From a virus, in the IMG/VR virus record IMGVR_UViG_3300007511_000003, positions 64,001 through 128,000 of that record: 64,000 bases of DNA, one strand, 5' to 3'. A program made the translations under genes and the position numbers. This document shows, piece by piece, positions 10,417 through 20,692 of the stretch (within the stretch, counting starts at the first letter, position 1; the number at the start of each line of letters is the position of its first letter). The notes below the pieces were generated by a model. That model searched no databases and had not been told where the DNA came from. It was given only the letters and a program-made list of their open reading frames with translations.

Positions 10417-11078
10417 AGGACTTCCCTATTAACCGTCAAATAGGCGGAAAAATGGAGTGGGTAAAATAATTGGCGCCTAAAGAAGGAAATGGGGTCGGTA
10501 CCTGTAGTTACAACGATCCTTGGAATCTCACCGTATAACTCCAGTATGTCACGTAACTTTTCCAGCTTGGTCTGAGTCGAGTTGACGGTCACGTTACTCA
10601 ACACCAATAGGGAAGGCTTGGCTTTGGTGTCCCGTAACTTATCACCGAACCCCCCAAGTAACGTGTGCCACAATGGAAGGTCCCTGCCTGACAAGGTTTC
10701 ATTAAGTGGGTGTGGTTCTTCATCGCCATTGGACTCCCTTACTTGGTTGTGTATGCTCAATGCTTGTATCATCAGACGGAGAGCCACCAATTTTGCCTGA
10801 CTATCGTTGGTGGCTCCACTAATACAATAAATGTATGGTTTTTTGAAAGGTTCTACAAAAATGCGCTTGTAGTACAGGAGTTGCTTATCCTTGTTGACCC
10901 TAACTGGTTTACGCCCTTCTACTCCAGAGGTGATGGGAGTGATATACCCAGGTAACTGGAAGGGCTTCGTTCGTAGCGTCTGCCAGCTAGCACCACGAGA
11001 CACCGCCTGGTTAACAAGCGTAGTCCTCCTGTGGTCCACCCCGACATACAGCTTGTTCCTGAGAGTTCTCTGTGTCAT
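10413..11078 (-). CDS. hypothetical, possibly degenerate DnaC/IstB-like loader
   Basis: Adjacent to dnaB; LLVLSNV...KLRDIL...PRIVVTT resembles an AAA+ core without an intact Walker A. Confidence 0.35.
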   Translation of the reverse strand: MTQRTLRNKLYVGVDHRRTTLVNQAVSRGASWQTLRTKPFQLPGYITPITSGVEGRKPVRVNKDKQLLYYKRIFVEPFKKPYIYCISGATNDSQAKLVALRLMIQALSIHNQVRESNGDEEPHPLNETLSGRDLPLWHTLLGGFGDKLRDTKAKPSLLVLSNVTVNSTQTKLEKLRDILELYGEIPRIVVTTGTDPISFFRRQLFYPLHFSAYLTVNREVL

Positions 11079-11384
11079 ATCACCACTATCAGTAAGGTTA
11101 CACCAAAGACCAGTAAGGTGGTCCAGCGGTATTGGAAGTCAGTGAGCTCTGGATCCTTGTTTAGATTCACGGTATACCCCTATTTACAGTATGTTCTTCA
11201 AGTCCTACCAGTAAACAGAGACCTAGATAGGGCAGAAACAACCACACACCACAGCATTTAAGCGGGAAGCCTAGGCCCCATTGTCGGCTGACGCCTCGGT
11301 GGATGAAATCCCCGTCATAGGAAAAGCGGAGACCTATCTGGAACACTGGAGTTGTAAGCCGTACCAACCATATACCACTTTCCA

Positions 11385-12917
11385 TCAAAATCTCCTGCCT
11401 ATCGCGGACCTGCGTGGTTTGAGATCATCATCCAATGGCTCTTCGGCTCCAAACTTAGGTCTGAGCTGAGCCAAATGATGGCGCATGATACCTCGGTCCC
11501 TGTCAGTCCACCGAAACTTGAGCTTCTTGAAGGTCGCACAACAGGTACGAAAACAGTGTCGTGTCAACGACATGTTGTCAATGAAGAACTTAACCTTCGG
11601 TGTCTTCTTGCCCTCCATTGGTGTGCAGATCCGTTGTACTTCCTGTTCATAATTCGGCGGGTTGGAGATCGGCATGATACCATAGATGGTGTCCCATCGA
11701 GGTACGTTTATCCCGGTCAACATAGTACGGCGTGCAACCACCACCCGGATCTCCCCTGTCCTGGCTTTCTCAATGATCTCCCTACGCTTTTTCTTGGATT
11801 GCTTACCAGTGAATGCCCACGCTGTCTGTTCTCCAGTAGCTTTGTTAATACGGTCCACCAGGCTGTTTATATGACTGATATGCCAACTTGGGATCAGGAT
11901 ATGCCGACCCTTCTGGAGGTCTCTCACCACGTGCTTAACAATCAAGCGGTCACGACCTCGCACCTTTTCAAGAAAACGGAGGGCATAGTGCCAAAGCTTG
12001 TACTCTTTACCTTCGATGCCTGTCTCAACCATACGGACCCAAGGAATCAAGGTTTTGGTGTTAACGTCATAAGACACAGGACCCAACACGGCTGCCATAA
12101 TGAAGTGCTTGAGATCCTTCCGTTCAGGTGTTGCCGTCAGCCCTACCTTGTACCGGCTGTTGAGGCTGGCAATCACTCGGGAATACTCTAAGGCATTCCC
12201 ACGATGTACCTCATCAATGATCACCAGCCCGAACATATCCCGGATCGCTTTTAATCGCTTAGGGTGCCTCAGGAAGCCCTGGTAGGTGGTGATGCATACG
12301 TCATGACGCTTGAAGTCCTCGAAGGTCTTACAGAGTCCTACAAGGGGGCGGCCCTCGAATTTTTCCACCGCCTGGATATCCGTGAACTCTGGATCATGAA
12401 AGGTCTCAAGAAATTGGAGGGCTAAGTCGTGCTGGTGGACCAAAATCAGGGTCTTAAACCCCAGACGGGCTGTTAGATCTGCCGCCATGACCGTCTTACC
12501 AGTTCTGGGCGGGGCTTTCAGGATACCGCGTTTTTTCTTTTCGAGAGCATTAACGGCAGGCACTTGGTCAGGCCTCAATGTACCGCAAAACTCGAACGAT
12601 GTTTGAGCCTTTGCCGTGGACCGGAGGTCCTTCATAGGACGTTGACGGAACTTGGGCACTACATGGGCAATCTTTTGTCGGTCCCCAGGAGGGAGACCAT
12701 AATACCAAACGCCTTTTACTTGTTTACGTCGGTAAAGGGTAAACAAGCCCTTATAAGCGGGGCATGTATCACAGACCTCGTTAGGACGATCATCCTTGTG
12801 CTCACACTTGACACACCCCTTTTCCTCGAACATGTGAGTGGTATAGGCTTTCTTCAGACGGTCGCGGTCCACCCATTGCTTAGGCACCCACACACGCTCA
12901 CGGAGGACGATGTTCAT
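11385..12917 (-). CDS. SF2 DEAD/H helicase (UvsW-like)
   Basis: LRPDQ, PPRTGKT, IIDEVH, LTATP, GINVP motifs. Confidence 0.88.
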   Translation of the reverse strand: MNIVLRERVWVPKQWVDRDRLKKAYTTHMFEEKGCVKCEHKDDRPNEVCDTCPAYKGLFTLYRRKQVKGVWYYGLPPGDRQKIAHVVPKFRQRPMKDLRSTAKAQTSFEFCGTLRPDQVPAVNALEKKKRGILKAPPRTGKTVMAADLTARLGFKTLILVHQHDLALQFLETFHDPEFTDIQAVEKFEGRPLVGLCKTFEDFKRHDVCITTYQGFLRHPKRLKAIRDMFGLVIIDEVHRGNALEYSRVIASLNSRYKVGLTATPERKDLKHFIMAAVLGPVSYDVNTKTLIPWVRMVETGIEGKEYKLWHYALRFLEKVRGRDRLIVKHVVRDLQKGRHILIPSWHISHINSLVDRINKATGEQTAWAFTGKQSKKKRREIIEKARTGEIRVVVARRTMLTGINVPRWDTIYGIMPISNPPNYEQEVQRICTPMEGKKTPKVKFFIDNMSLTRHCFRTCCATFKKLKFRWTDRDRGIMRHHLAQLRPKFGAEEPLDDDLKPRRSAIGRRF

Positions 12918-13060
12918 ACCAGTCGGATACCTTTTTCGTCAGGAACCATTTCCCACACCAACGTGTCCCTGCAATTTGGACAGGTCCGCGGTGGTTGGTC
13001 ATCAGATAGGTCAAACCGAATAGGCCACCCACAATAGGGACATTCCTCTTCTATTATCAT
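12914..13060 (-). CDS. small Zn-ribbon protein
   Basis: CPYC...CPNC. Confidence 0.55.
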   Translation of the reverse strand: MIIEEECPYCGWPIRFDLSDDQPPRTCPNCRDTLVWEMVPDEKGIRLV

Positions 13061-13287
13061 AACACCCTCATACCTTTGAAGCCACAAGCCGTGCAATGGA
13101 CGGGGGTGGTATACACAGGTTCCCGTCCCTGCTCAAGATCATCCACAAACCGCTTTTCCAATATACCGTTGGTGTCACAAAGTTGCCCCTGGCAATTCGG
13201 GCAGGTCAACGGGATTGCCCGAGGGTATCGGCGACCGCTCCATTGGCGGTAGGTGTTCTCGCGGTTGTTTTGTTCAAGTGATTGCAT
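13057..13287 (-). CDS. small Zn-ribbon protein
   Basis: CPNC...CTAC; likely start MQSLEQ. Confidence 0.5.
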   Translation of the reverse strand: MQSLEQNNRENTYRQWSGRRYPRAIPLTCPNCQGQLCDTNGILEKRFVDDLEQGREPVYTTPVHCTACGFKGMRVL

Positions 13288-13288
13288 G

Positions 13289-13768
13289 TCATGCCTCCCA
13301 CAAACTAAAGTTGGCAAAGTACTCGGGTACAAAATAGTTACCGACTCCTGTAGATGAGGATAAAAACCCCAAAGGAAGGACTTTGGTATAATAGTGTTCA
13401 TTCGCAATAATTGCGGCAATGAGGATGCCGACCGGAAAATCTACACCCGTTTCTCTTTGGGATACCTGGTGTAACTGGGTCAAAGGTACGTCCATGTTAA
13501 GGGTCTTACGTGGACGACAGGTTCTTACCCAGGCGGAAGCCCGTAAAAAACACTGGAACCACTTATCGTCCAACGTCATGGCTGTACGGTCTTTATCCTG
13601 ACGTTTTTGGGCCTTCTTTAACTTTTTCTCCTTATGGGTATTAGGACGTACCCAGAAACCCTCAAATGTCAGAAGGGGCTCGCTTTCCATGGCAAACATA
13701 AGGAGATTTTCCATCTTGGATTGCTGACCGGATAGTTTTTCATACTCTGCTTGGATCTTAGGTGTCAT
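13289..13768 (-). CDS. hypothetical protein
   Basis: Tightly packed ORF in operon. Confidence 0.6.
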   Translation of the reverse strand: MTPKIQAEYEKLSGQQSKMENLLMFAMESEPLLTFEGFWVRPNTHKEKKLKKAQKRQDKDRTAMTLDDKWFQCFLRASAWVRTCRPRKTLNMDVPLTQLHQVSQRETGVDFPVGILIAAIIANEHYYTKVLPLGFLSSSTGVGNYFVPEYFANFSLWEA

Positions 13769-13770
13769 GG

Positions 13771-14295
13771 CTATTCCTCTGTAATAGGTGTGCAGGTCAC
13801 CAACTCCAACTCTACGGCAATAACCTTGGTAACCAATAATTGGACCCAGCCAAACTCGTCTATGGCCTGAGCTCTTTTTACATGTTCGGGAATGTTAAGC
13901 ACCACCGACTTCTTGTGTGCGGGTTGCCCGAACAATACCTGTTGGCCCACCAATGTCCCGACAACATTCCAACCTTTGTCGTCAGGATACAGGAAGCCCT
14001 TACCGCGCCATCCCAGTTCGTTCAAACCTGCGTCTGACAAGTAGATGCGTGTGTAGTTACCAACAGGTTCGTCGTGAAGGGTAAACTGCCTGTTGATAGC
14101 GGTTGGTGTTTGGGCCCCGGCAGGAATGAACAAGAACTGGTGGTCGCTTACGATACCCTTCACCCACACCAGCGGTTCAGGCATCACGCAAAGGGGTTCT
14201 GTTTGGACCTCTGCTTTGACAGTGTTTTGCCCTTTAATAGGTCGCCAGGCTTCTTCAGAAAATTGGGTGGCGAGGGCCATCACGTTGGGTTTCAT
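13771..14295 (-). CDS. hypothetical protein
   Basis: Tightly packed ORF in operon. Confidence 0.6.
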   Translation of the reverse strand: MKPNVMALATQFSEEAWRPIKGQNTVKAEVQTEPLCVMPEPLVWVKGIVSDHQFLFIPAGAQTPTAINRQFTLHDEPVGNYTRIYLSDAGLNELGWRGKGFLYPDDKGWNVVGTLVGQQVLFGQPAHKKSVVLNIPEHVKRAQAIDEFGWVQLLVTKVIAVELELVTCTPITEE

Positions 14296-14912
14296 GGGCT
14301 CTCACACCTATCATATGGACAGTTAAGACAATGCTCGCAGTTCTGCTCTACCACGAGGGCTATGTGGTGGCACTTTGGACACTCGACACAATTGGTAGGA
14401 AAGTCCCCTACCTCATCCAACGCCAGTTTACCTGCCCGTTTAGCGTAGCCTATCTTGTGGAGGTGTTCCTCCACAATGTACCCGAGTTCTGCCACCACAG
14501 AAGGCATCCGCCGCGACCCCTGCATGTAACCACCACGAGGATCAAAAATGGCCGCCAGCTCTTCGACCACAAAGCTGACGTTACCTCCATTGCGGAACAC
14601 TGCACTCACCATACGGGTAAGGGCAACGATCCACACAAAGTACTCCATATTCTTGGAGTTGATGAAAATCTCGAATGGTCGGCGGTGTTCGTGTTGGGTG
14701 CCTTCATCCAACAGAATATCATTGATCGTGACGTAGAAGGCGTGCTCAGACCAAGGCGGTTTAAAATAATAGGTTTCCCCGGGTAGAACACGAGGTCGTT
14801 TAATCTTTTCGTGCATCTGGGTAGGCTCTAGCCCAAGGTCTTCCTCTTTCTTGGCCTCTGACTTACCATGGGTTCCTGTAATAAGGGCCTTGATTACAAC
14901 CGGTTCACTCAT
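14292..14912 (-). CDS. stand-alone TSCPD/NrdJb-like protein with Zn ribbon
   Basis: RPRVLPGETY, FYVTIND, RPFEIFINSKN, FDPRGGY, CPKC...CLNC; likely start MSEPV. Confidence 0.8.
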   Translation of the reverse strand: MSEPVVIKALITGTHGKSEAKKEEDLGLEPTQMHEKIKRPRVLPGETYYFKPPWSEHAFYVTINDILLDEGTQHEHRRPFEIFINSKNMEYFVWIVALTRMVSAVFRNGGNVSFVVEELAAIFDPRGGYMQGSRRMPSVVAELGYIVEEHLHKIGYAKRAGKLALDEVGDFPTNCVECPKCHHIALVVEQNCEHCLNCPYDRCESP

Positions 14913-14919
14913 CTTATCC

Positions 14920-15429
14920 TCACACAATATGTTCGCGTTTCGTTCGCATCTCCAGACCTTTGACAGCGGTGGAGAGTGCCCAAGCACACTTGTCTATATC
15001 AGTTAAAACGTGGTCACAGGCTTCGATGGTGGTCTTCAGCCTGTTTAAAGCACTGTACCCCGTCTCCAACAGGGTCTTCACGTAGGTCACCTTGTCTGTC
15101 TTGGTGGTATACGGAAGCTGGCGGCCATATTGGACAAGGATATAATTGTGGAGCCCGTCAGTGGCGGCCAGTAGATGGTTATAAGTGCGACTGGTCTTCA
15201 CCAAGAGGGAGACGATACGGCTCCGATAGGACTGATCCTTTGTCGAGGCGTCAATAATGGACGCCGCGTCACGAGCTTCGATAAGGTGGCCCGTGGTCGA
15301 TGCCCGTAGTTTATGAAGCTCCATCACCTCGTCTATGCCACGCTCAGCAAGCACCTTCTCTGCTTGCTGCCGAATACGGCGCCACTTGAGATATGTTTGG
15401 TCCTTACGGAGCAAAGGTTTGATTGACAT
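14920..15429 (-). CDS. helical protein, possibly UvsY-like recombination mediator
   Basis: C-terminal pattern LTDIDKCAWAL; weak resemblance only. Confidence 0.35.
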   Translation of the reverse strand: MSIKPLLRKDQTYLKWRRIRQQAEKVLAERGIDEVMELHKLRASTTGHLIEARDAASIIDASTKDQSYRSRIVSLLVKTSRTYNHLLAATDGLHNYILVQYGRQLPYTTKTDKVTYVKTLLETGYSALNRLKTTIEACDHVLTDIDKCAWALSTAVKGLEMRTKREHIV

Positions 15430-15686
15430 TAGGTAAGTCTCAACAAAGGATGTTGGCTAGCTTTCATACGATGGATAACACCAAACTCCACGATATAGAG
15501 GAATCGTTCACCAGTATCAGGATCCTCCTTATAATCAATCTGGGAGTCTGGTTGGATGGGCACAATATTAACCGACTCACACCCATGGCAATTCACCATC
15601 AACAAAACCTCCGGGTCAGGGTCCTGCTGGTCAGCAAGAGCTTTTTGGGCGGCCTGTAGTGCCCCAATCATCTCAGATAATTTCAT
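15429..15686 (-). CDS. hypothetical protein
   Basis: Start/stop overlap with neighbours. Confidence 0.55.
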   Translation of the reverse strand: MKLSEMIGALQAAQKALADQQDPDPEVLLMVNCHGCESVNIVPIQPDSQIDYKEDPDTGERFLYIVEFGVIHRMKASQHPLLRLT

Positions 15687-15889
15687 TAGTTGGCCTCTGG
15701 TAATGGATATCTTGATATTAAAGCGTGGTCAGGTGCGGAACCAGGGGCTGTACCAACGTCCCAGTTAGGACTGACGGACTCCACAGGTTCTGCAAAACCT
15801 TCGGCGTCATATCCCGCCCCATATACCTCTAGGTCTCCATGGTTGTCCAGAATAATCTGAAGCTGGGCTATTAATCGGGACGCCTTCAT
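15686..15889 (-). CDS. hypothetical protein
   Basis: MKASRLIAQLQ...HGDLEV, a typical small phage ORF start. Confidence 0.6.
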   Translation of the reverse strand: MKASRLIAQLQIILDNHGDLEVYGAGYDAEGFAEPVESVSPNWDVGTAPGSAPDHALISRYPLPEAN

Positions 15890-16122
15890 CGAGTGGGCCC
15901 GTCCAAGATGTAGTCACCAGGGCATCCAAGCCGAGTGTTCCAACGCCTGACAGCTAGTTGCTGGCGTGTATCCTGGTTCTCGTGTTGTACGGCAGGACCC
16001 ATAGCCTGACAATCTATATTCCGGCAAGCTACAAAAGCACATAGTGGGCCGTCCCTGAGACCATCATCTATCTCTGGGTCTGGGTCCCTGCAAAACACAC
16101 ATGGTTCAGGTTTTGTCATCAT
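15886..16122 (-). CDS. Lar-like (restriction alleviation) Zn-ribbon protein
   Basis: PCVFC...VAC...C.A.GP...AVRRWNTR pattern. Confidence 0.6.
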   Translation of the reverse strand: MMTKPEPCVFCRDPDPEIDDGLRDGPLCAFVACRNIDCQAMGPAVQHENQDTRQQLAVRRWNTRLGCPGDYILDGPTR

Positions 16123-16708
16123 GTTTCCCTCGTTTAATTGCCCGTCGTATATCAGTTACAGCTGTCTGGATTTCCTGCCTGCCGTTTGGACGCATCAGGT
16201 AAGATGGATGGAACGTCGGCATCACAGGAATCGCCCTTGTTGGACCTGTAGATACCCTAGGCTCGTATTTCTTCCATTGGCCTCGCACTTGCCCCATCTT
16301 GGCTCTCTGGCCTGTCAGGCGCTCGTAGGCGGACAATCCGAGGGTAACGATAACCCTAGGTCGGATGATCGACAATTGTTGGTCCAAAAAGTGGGCACAT
16401 GCCTCCGCTTCCTCCGTCTTGGGTACCCTGTTGTTTGGGGGCCTGCATTTCAGGACGTTAGCCACAAACACCGCGTTACGGTGGAGACTAGACTCATCCA
16501 ACATACGGCTTAGCATCTTACCCGCTCTGCCAACAAAAGGTAAACCAGTTTCGTCTTCGTCGGCCCCAGGTGCCTCGCCCAAAAAGAACAGACGGGCTCC
16601 TGGGTACCCAATACCCGGAACAACCAGGGTCCGTGTAAGACCTAGTTCACAGACCTTACACCCGGCAATCTGGCGGTTTAGCTGATGGAGTTGTTGGCTG
16701 CGGCTCAT
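16106..16708 (-). CDS. uracil-DNA glycosylase family 4
   Basis: CKVCEL, GEAPG, PFVGRAG, KCRPPNNR, TFHPS. Confidence 0.93.
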   Translation of the reverse strand: MSRSQQLHQLNRQIAGCKVCELGLTRTLVVPGIGYPGARLFFLGEAPGADEDETGLPFVGRAGKMLSRMLDESSLHRNAVFVANVLKCRPPNNRVPKTEEAEACAHFLDQQLSIIRPRVIVTLGLSAYERLTGQRAKMGQVRGQWKKYEPRVSTGPTRAIPVMPTFHPSYLMRPNGRQEIQTAVTDIRRAIKRGKHDDKT

Positions 16709-16962
16709 TGTTGTGGCCGGAAGTAAGGTCCCTTTGGATCATGCTTGACGAAGAAACGGTGGGCTCTGCAGATCATAACCTTGGCCCGCTTCTTGCCTTT
16801 TTTCTTCTGGCTGAGGCAGTACATAGGAGCCTCAGACTCAGTGAGGTTGTCAGAAGCAGTAGTCTGGATCTGCGGTTCAAGTTTGGTGCCGACGGCAAGC
16901 ATACAGCTTGCAAAGTGAGCACAGGTATCTCGTTCACAAATGTGGTTATAATGGTTGGTCAT
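16705..16962 (-). CDS. hypothetical Cys-rich protein
   Basis: ORF in operon. Confidence 0.5.
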   Translation of the reverse strand: MTNHYNHICERDTCAHFASCMLAVGTKLEPQIQTTASDNLTESEAPMYCLSQKKKGKKRAKVMICRAHRFFVKHDPKGPYFRPQQ

Positions 16963-16981
16963 CTGTTAATCCTTTTGATGG

Positions 16982-17545
16982 TTACCATAAAAGTGTGATG
17001 CCCCTGATTTCGCTGAGTACCAAACTCAGGCTTATGTTCTCTGATTCGATGTGGCTTTCCCACCAACAGTACTTACAGGGGCAATCCTTGACATGATGGC
17101 GCCCGGTTTGCATCAAGTGGGTGGTTTTTTCATGACGGATCCATTGCAGGATCCTCTTCTTGGTCTGCTTCTCCGTCAACTCTGGACCGTCGTCAGTATA
17201 TCGCGAGTACAGAACCGGATAGAATTGGTACTCTGGATGTTCGCAATATTGTTCCTGGTGTACGATGGTACAAACACCATCGCCACAAAACTTGGTAACA
17301 GCTCTAGCAAGGTTGGCGGTATAGAGGGATTTACCTTCCTCCTCCATGTTTGGAAACACGGTGTTAAACAGGATCTTGCCCAGGCTTTTGGATTTACCGG
17401 TTTCCCTTACATGTAGAAGGACAGGCAGGATAAACATACCATCTGGGTCACAAGGACCTTCCGCTGTAAGAGAAAACCAATTACCTTTACCTAGCATGAA
17501 AGCTTGCTTGGTGTCGGTATTCAAAAGTACAAATTCAACGCCCAT
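16982..17545 (-). CDS. hypothetical protein
   Basis: GAGGTG RBS; 187 aa. Confidence 0.6.
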   Translation of the reverse strand: MGVEFVLLNTDTKQAFMLGKGNWFSLTAEGPCDPDGMFILPVLLHVRETGKSKSLGKILFNTVFPNMEEEGKSLYTANLARAVTKFCGDGVCTIVHQEQYCEHPEYQFYPVLYSRYTDDGPELTEKQTKKRILQWIRHEKTTHLMQTGRHHVKDCPCKYCWWESHIESENISLSLVLSEIRGITLLW

Positions 17546-17597
17546 AACATCACCTCACATTGGATGGTCGTTATACCGATCCATCAGGACCCAGGCA

Positions 17598-18350
17598 TCA
17601 CCGACCATTATAAAAGCCGCTACGAGCATGAACGTCCCAAACACGAGCATGCAGAGTGGGATTGCCAACAAAAGTTCCTGAAAAGAAGTCGTATGTCGTA
17701 TCACTCTCATTTTCAACACCCCTACATTTCATACACAGATGGACACCGGAGGTTACGGCCATCACACCATCCACTTTAATAGCCTTGCGGTGGTCCACAG
17801 GAAGCCCTACCTGCCCTCCGATAACCTGGTCTTGCATAACCGTAACAAGATCCTTGCAATACTGTTCCTGTATCACAGGACGCCGTGCCAACAGCTCTGC
17901 GATGCGGGTAAGTTTGGACAAGCCAATAACCCGAGCACCATCCCCTGACAAGTAGGCATAGGTGACCTTGTATAGGACGGGAAGGAAGTGGTGGGGGCAT
18001 AGGCCGTGAGCTGGAATCGGTGACTGGATAGTCAACCCACCCATAGCGTAAGGCCCTTTAACAGGGCGTGTTTCTGTTAAACCACCCATTGGTGGGCCTG
18101 TAACCACTTCCTTGGGAATACCAGAAACCGGGAACGTCCTGATCAAAAGACCAGACACCTCCCCAAGGATACGTTCGACGGGTAACGCCATCTCAGACAT
18201 CAAAGCCTTGGACGCCCGCTCCCCACTTCCTTCGAGATTGGATCGGTCATCCTCAGTAAAGCAGCAATGCTGTCGGAAGTACTCAGCAATAACGTTGTAG
18301 GCTTCGACAACCTTTTTCTGGTCGGCGTTAGGGGTAAATTCAATAGGCAT
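17598..18350 (-). CDS. folE: GTP cyclohydrolase I
   Basis: LCPHHFLP, GLSKLTR, RRPVIQE, HLCMKCRGV. Confidence 0.9.
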   Translation of the reverse strand: MPIEFTPNADQKKVVEAYNVIAEYFRQHCCFTEDDRSNLEGSGERASKALMSEMALPVERILGEVSGLLIRTFPVSGIPKEVVTGPPMGGLTETRPVKGPYAMGGLTIQSPIPAHGLCPHHFLPVLYKVTYAYLSGDGARVIGLSKLTRIAELLARRPVIQEQYCKDLVTVMQDQVIGGQVGLPVDHRKAIKVDGVMAVTSGVHLCMKCRGVENESDTTYDFFSGTFVGNPTLHARVWDVHARSGFYNGR

Positions 18351-18358
18351 TTCGGCTC

Positions 18359-18790
18359 CTAATCAAGAAAACGTGTTACAGTGGATGGGACCTCGGCAGC
18401 GGTCACAAGTACGGCAGAGTCTCCAAAAGTGAAGATGCGCACCATAGGCAAGCGGCACCGCAACTCCGCTTGCTGGTGTTTCATTAATCTAGCTGGTGTT
18501 TGTTGGTAAAACTGTTCACGGTACGCCAAAAGATATGAGGCTTCCATGCGGTACTTAGGGCCCACCCTCAAAACGTATCCCACATGGTGACCGACATCCA
18601 CCATTAAACGCAGGTCATACACATGTAGTATTCCAATCCGTAGGTCTTTGTTCCTCACTGCTACCAACGTATTGGACATATGTACCTTCTTGGTCAGGAA
18701 CGTGAAGTGTTTGGGCATACCCGGTATCGGGTTAAATGTATGAAGCAAGAAGTGCGTCAGGTCGCTCGCATGAAGTTCCAGATGACCCAT
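18359..18790 (-). CDS. hypothetical protein
   Basis: ORF between clamp-like gene and folE. Confidence 0.55.
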   Translation of the reverse strand: MGHLELHASDLTHFLLHTFNPIPGMPKHFTFLTKKVHMSNTLVAVRNKDLRIGILHVYDLRLMVDVGHHVGYVLRVGPKYRMEASYLLAYREQFYQQTPARLMKHQQAELRCRLPMVRIFTFGDSAVLVTAAEVPSTVTRFLD

Positions 18791-18791
18791 A

Positions 18792-19970
18792 TCACTTGGA
18801 AACCGCGGGTAACAGGTAACAAGCGTATAACGTGTGCCCTTCCCCTGTCGGTACCTCAGTAGACAACACCCAAGGGATGGTGTTCCCTGTTGAGTCTTCC
18901 TTGAGATGGAAATTAATCTCTATCAGCTGGTTCGGGACCAACGACAGCATGTCACGTAGAGTATAAGGATCCAATGCAAACACCATCCCCTTGTCACCAG
19001 TCTGGGCCTTTACCTGGCGTTTGTCCTGTGCTTTACCATAATTCGTTTCGATGGCAAAGGTAACGTGGCCCTTGGCCTCAAACTTAACGGTCACAGGCAC
19101 ACCGCGCTCAAAGATGGCATCAAAATTACCGATGATTGTTTGGAAATCGGAGGAGTTGATCTCCAATGACGCAAAGGGCGTGCCCTCCAATTGTTTGGAT
19201 ATGTGCTGAATGTTGGCAAAGGCAAAGGCAGCCTCAGTGGACAAGGCCTCTGTGGAGAACTGAAAGGTTTTACCTGAGGCGTAGACATGGGCAACCCCCA
19301 GCCTCAGCATGTACTTGGTACCTTGTGCAAGGGCTTCAATAGTATTCATGGTTTGCTGGGCAAGGGTAAACTCCAGCTTGTCCTCCACCGTGGCATCATG
19401 GTTGCTGTGGAAGGCAATGTGATAAGCATCACCACAAGCAACGAACGTCCCGGCGGCTCCCATGTGAGCAGACACTGACAAAACAGTGTCGTCCTTTGCA
19501 TGTTGAGGTGTCAAGGACACCGCTTTTAAAACCCGTTCCATCGAGGACTCTTCCGACTGGTCGTCGTTCATGTAGAAAAACGGACCTTCAGTAGGCACCT
19601 CGAAAGATAACTTCTCGAAAGGCAGTACCACGACGTACCCAGTGTACCGAGAGGACTTGGATTGTGGGGCCCTGAAAAATAACTTTTCTGCTGAGTTGGC
19701 CGGGTCATGCTTGAGTAGCAGTTGCTTGCGCCCCTTCAACAACTTTTGGAGGATCTCAATGCGAACGATGAATCTTCCCCTACTATACTCCTCAATCTTG
19801 GCATCCGGAAGGTAACAAGCAAGGACCGTTCCCTCCCCGGAACCACCAAAACACAACTTCATTTTGTCCTTACGCTTTTCGATAAACACCCGCACGTCTT
19901 CGGTCTTGGCGTAGTCCACTATCTGTTTGAGGACCGCCAGCACCTCTTTACAATCGATTTGTACCCTCAT
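18792..19970 (-). CDS. DNA polymerase sliding clamp (beta-like)
   Basis: 392 aa; VACGDAYHIA resembles VATDGHRLA; C-terminal YLLPAV; near DNA pol. Confidence 0.6.
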   Translation of the reverse strand: MRVQIDCKEVLAVLKQIVDYAKTEDVRVFIEKRKDKMKLCFGGSGEGTVLACYLPDAKIEEYSRGRFIVRIEILQKLLKGRKQLLLKHDPANSAEKLFFRAPQSKSSRYTGYVVVLPFEKLSFEVPTEGPFFYMNDDQSEESSMERVLKAVSLTPQHAKDDTVLSVSAHMGAAGTFVACGDAYHIAFHSNHDATVEDKLEFTLAQQTMNTIEALAQGTKYMLRLGVAHVYASGKTFQFSTEALSTEAAFAFANIQHISKQLEGTPFASLEINSSDFQTIIGNFDAIFERGVPVTVKFEAKGHVTFAIETNYGKAQDKRQVKAQTGDKGMVFALDPYTLRDMLSLVPNQLIEINFHLKEDSTGNTIPWVLSTEVPTGEGHTLYACYLLPAVSK

Positions 19971-20692
19971 CCGTTTACTCCTCTGTTATGTCGTGCTGTC
20001 CTCTGTAGGTACCGTTGTAGGGCCCCAACAGCAGGAAAAGTTTGCCCACCATTAGCCGCCATCCATCCATTGAATTTGGTCTCCAAGAATAACGTTTGAA
20101 GAACCAAAGACTGGTTCCTCAGCGTTATCAAAGGGACTTCCATCACCCTGTTTTGCTCCCTGGCTCCCGCTTTATTTACAAAATTGGGATCATAAGGACT
20201 CCAATAAAGTATATGCACACCCTTATACCACACCAGGTATAAACAAAGTGGTTTGTCTCCTGAAGACAGGATAAAATTAGACCGAGGGCCTAGGTAAAAA
20301 GCCGACAACAAACGACTTTGGGCAGGGAACCTGCTTATCAACGCTGCCACCGCGTCAGTGTAAGGAACACTGGTAGTATCCAGTTGGGCGAAACCCTCCA
20401 AGAATTCTGACAGGTGCTCGGTATTCCTGGTAAAAACGGAGTGGGCGGCGAGTATGTAACCACCTCTCTGTGGTATGTGTAAGTCCTGTGACCCTGAAGA
20501 GATGCAAAAGTCCACGGGTGAAGGGCCCGGTAATTCCCTGAGACCTTCCTTGTTTTTAACCGACCCGCCTACCATCGGTCGGCTAGGAGGGCCCTGAAGG
20601 TCAGTAAAGAATAATCGGTGGATCTCCAGTTTCCGGTCTTCCGTTACAACGTAGTCTTTTACCGGAAGGATCCAGTAACCAAGAGTTCTCAT
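19967..20692 (-). CDS. hypothetical, possibly degenerate class II glutamine amidotransferase fold
   Basis: GYILAAHSVFTRN and DKPL loosely resemble HNG..N and RPL motifs; no N-terminal Cys. Confidence 0.3.
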   Translation of the reverse strand: MRTLGYWILPVKDYVVTEDRKLEIHRLFFTDLQGPPSRPMVGGSVKNKEGLRELPGPSPVDFCISSGSQDLHIPQRGGYILAAHSVFTRNTEHLSEFLEGFAQLDTTSVPYTDAVAALISRFPAQSRLLSAFYLGPRSNFILSSGDKPLCLYLVWYKGVHILYWSPYDPNFVNKAGAREQNRVMEVPLITLRNQSLVLQTLFLETKFNGWMAANGGQTFPAVGALQRYLQRTARHNRGVNG

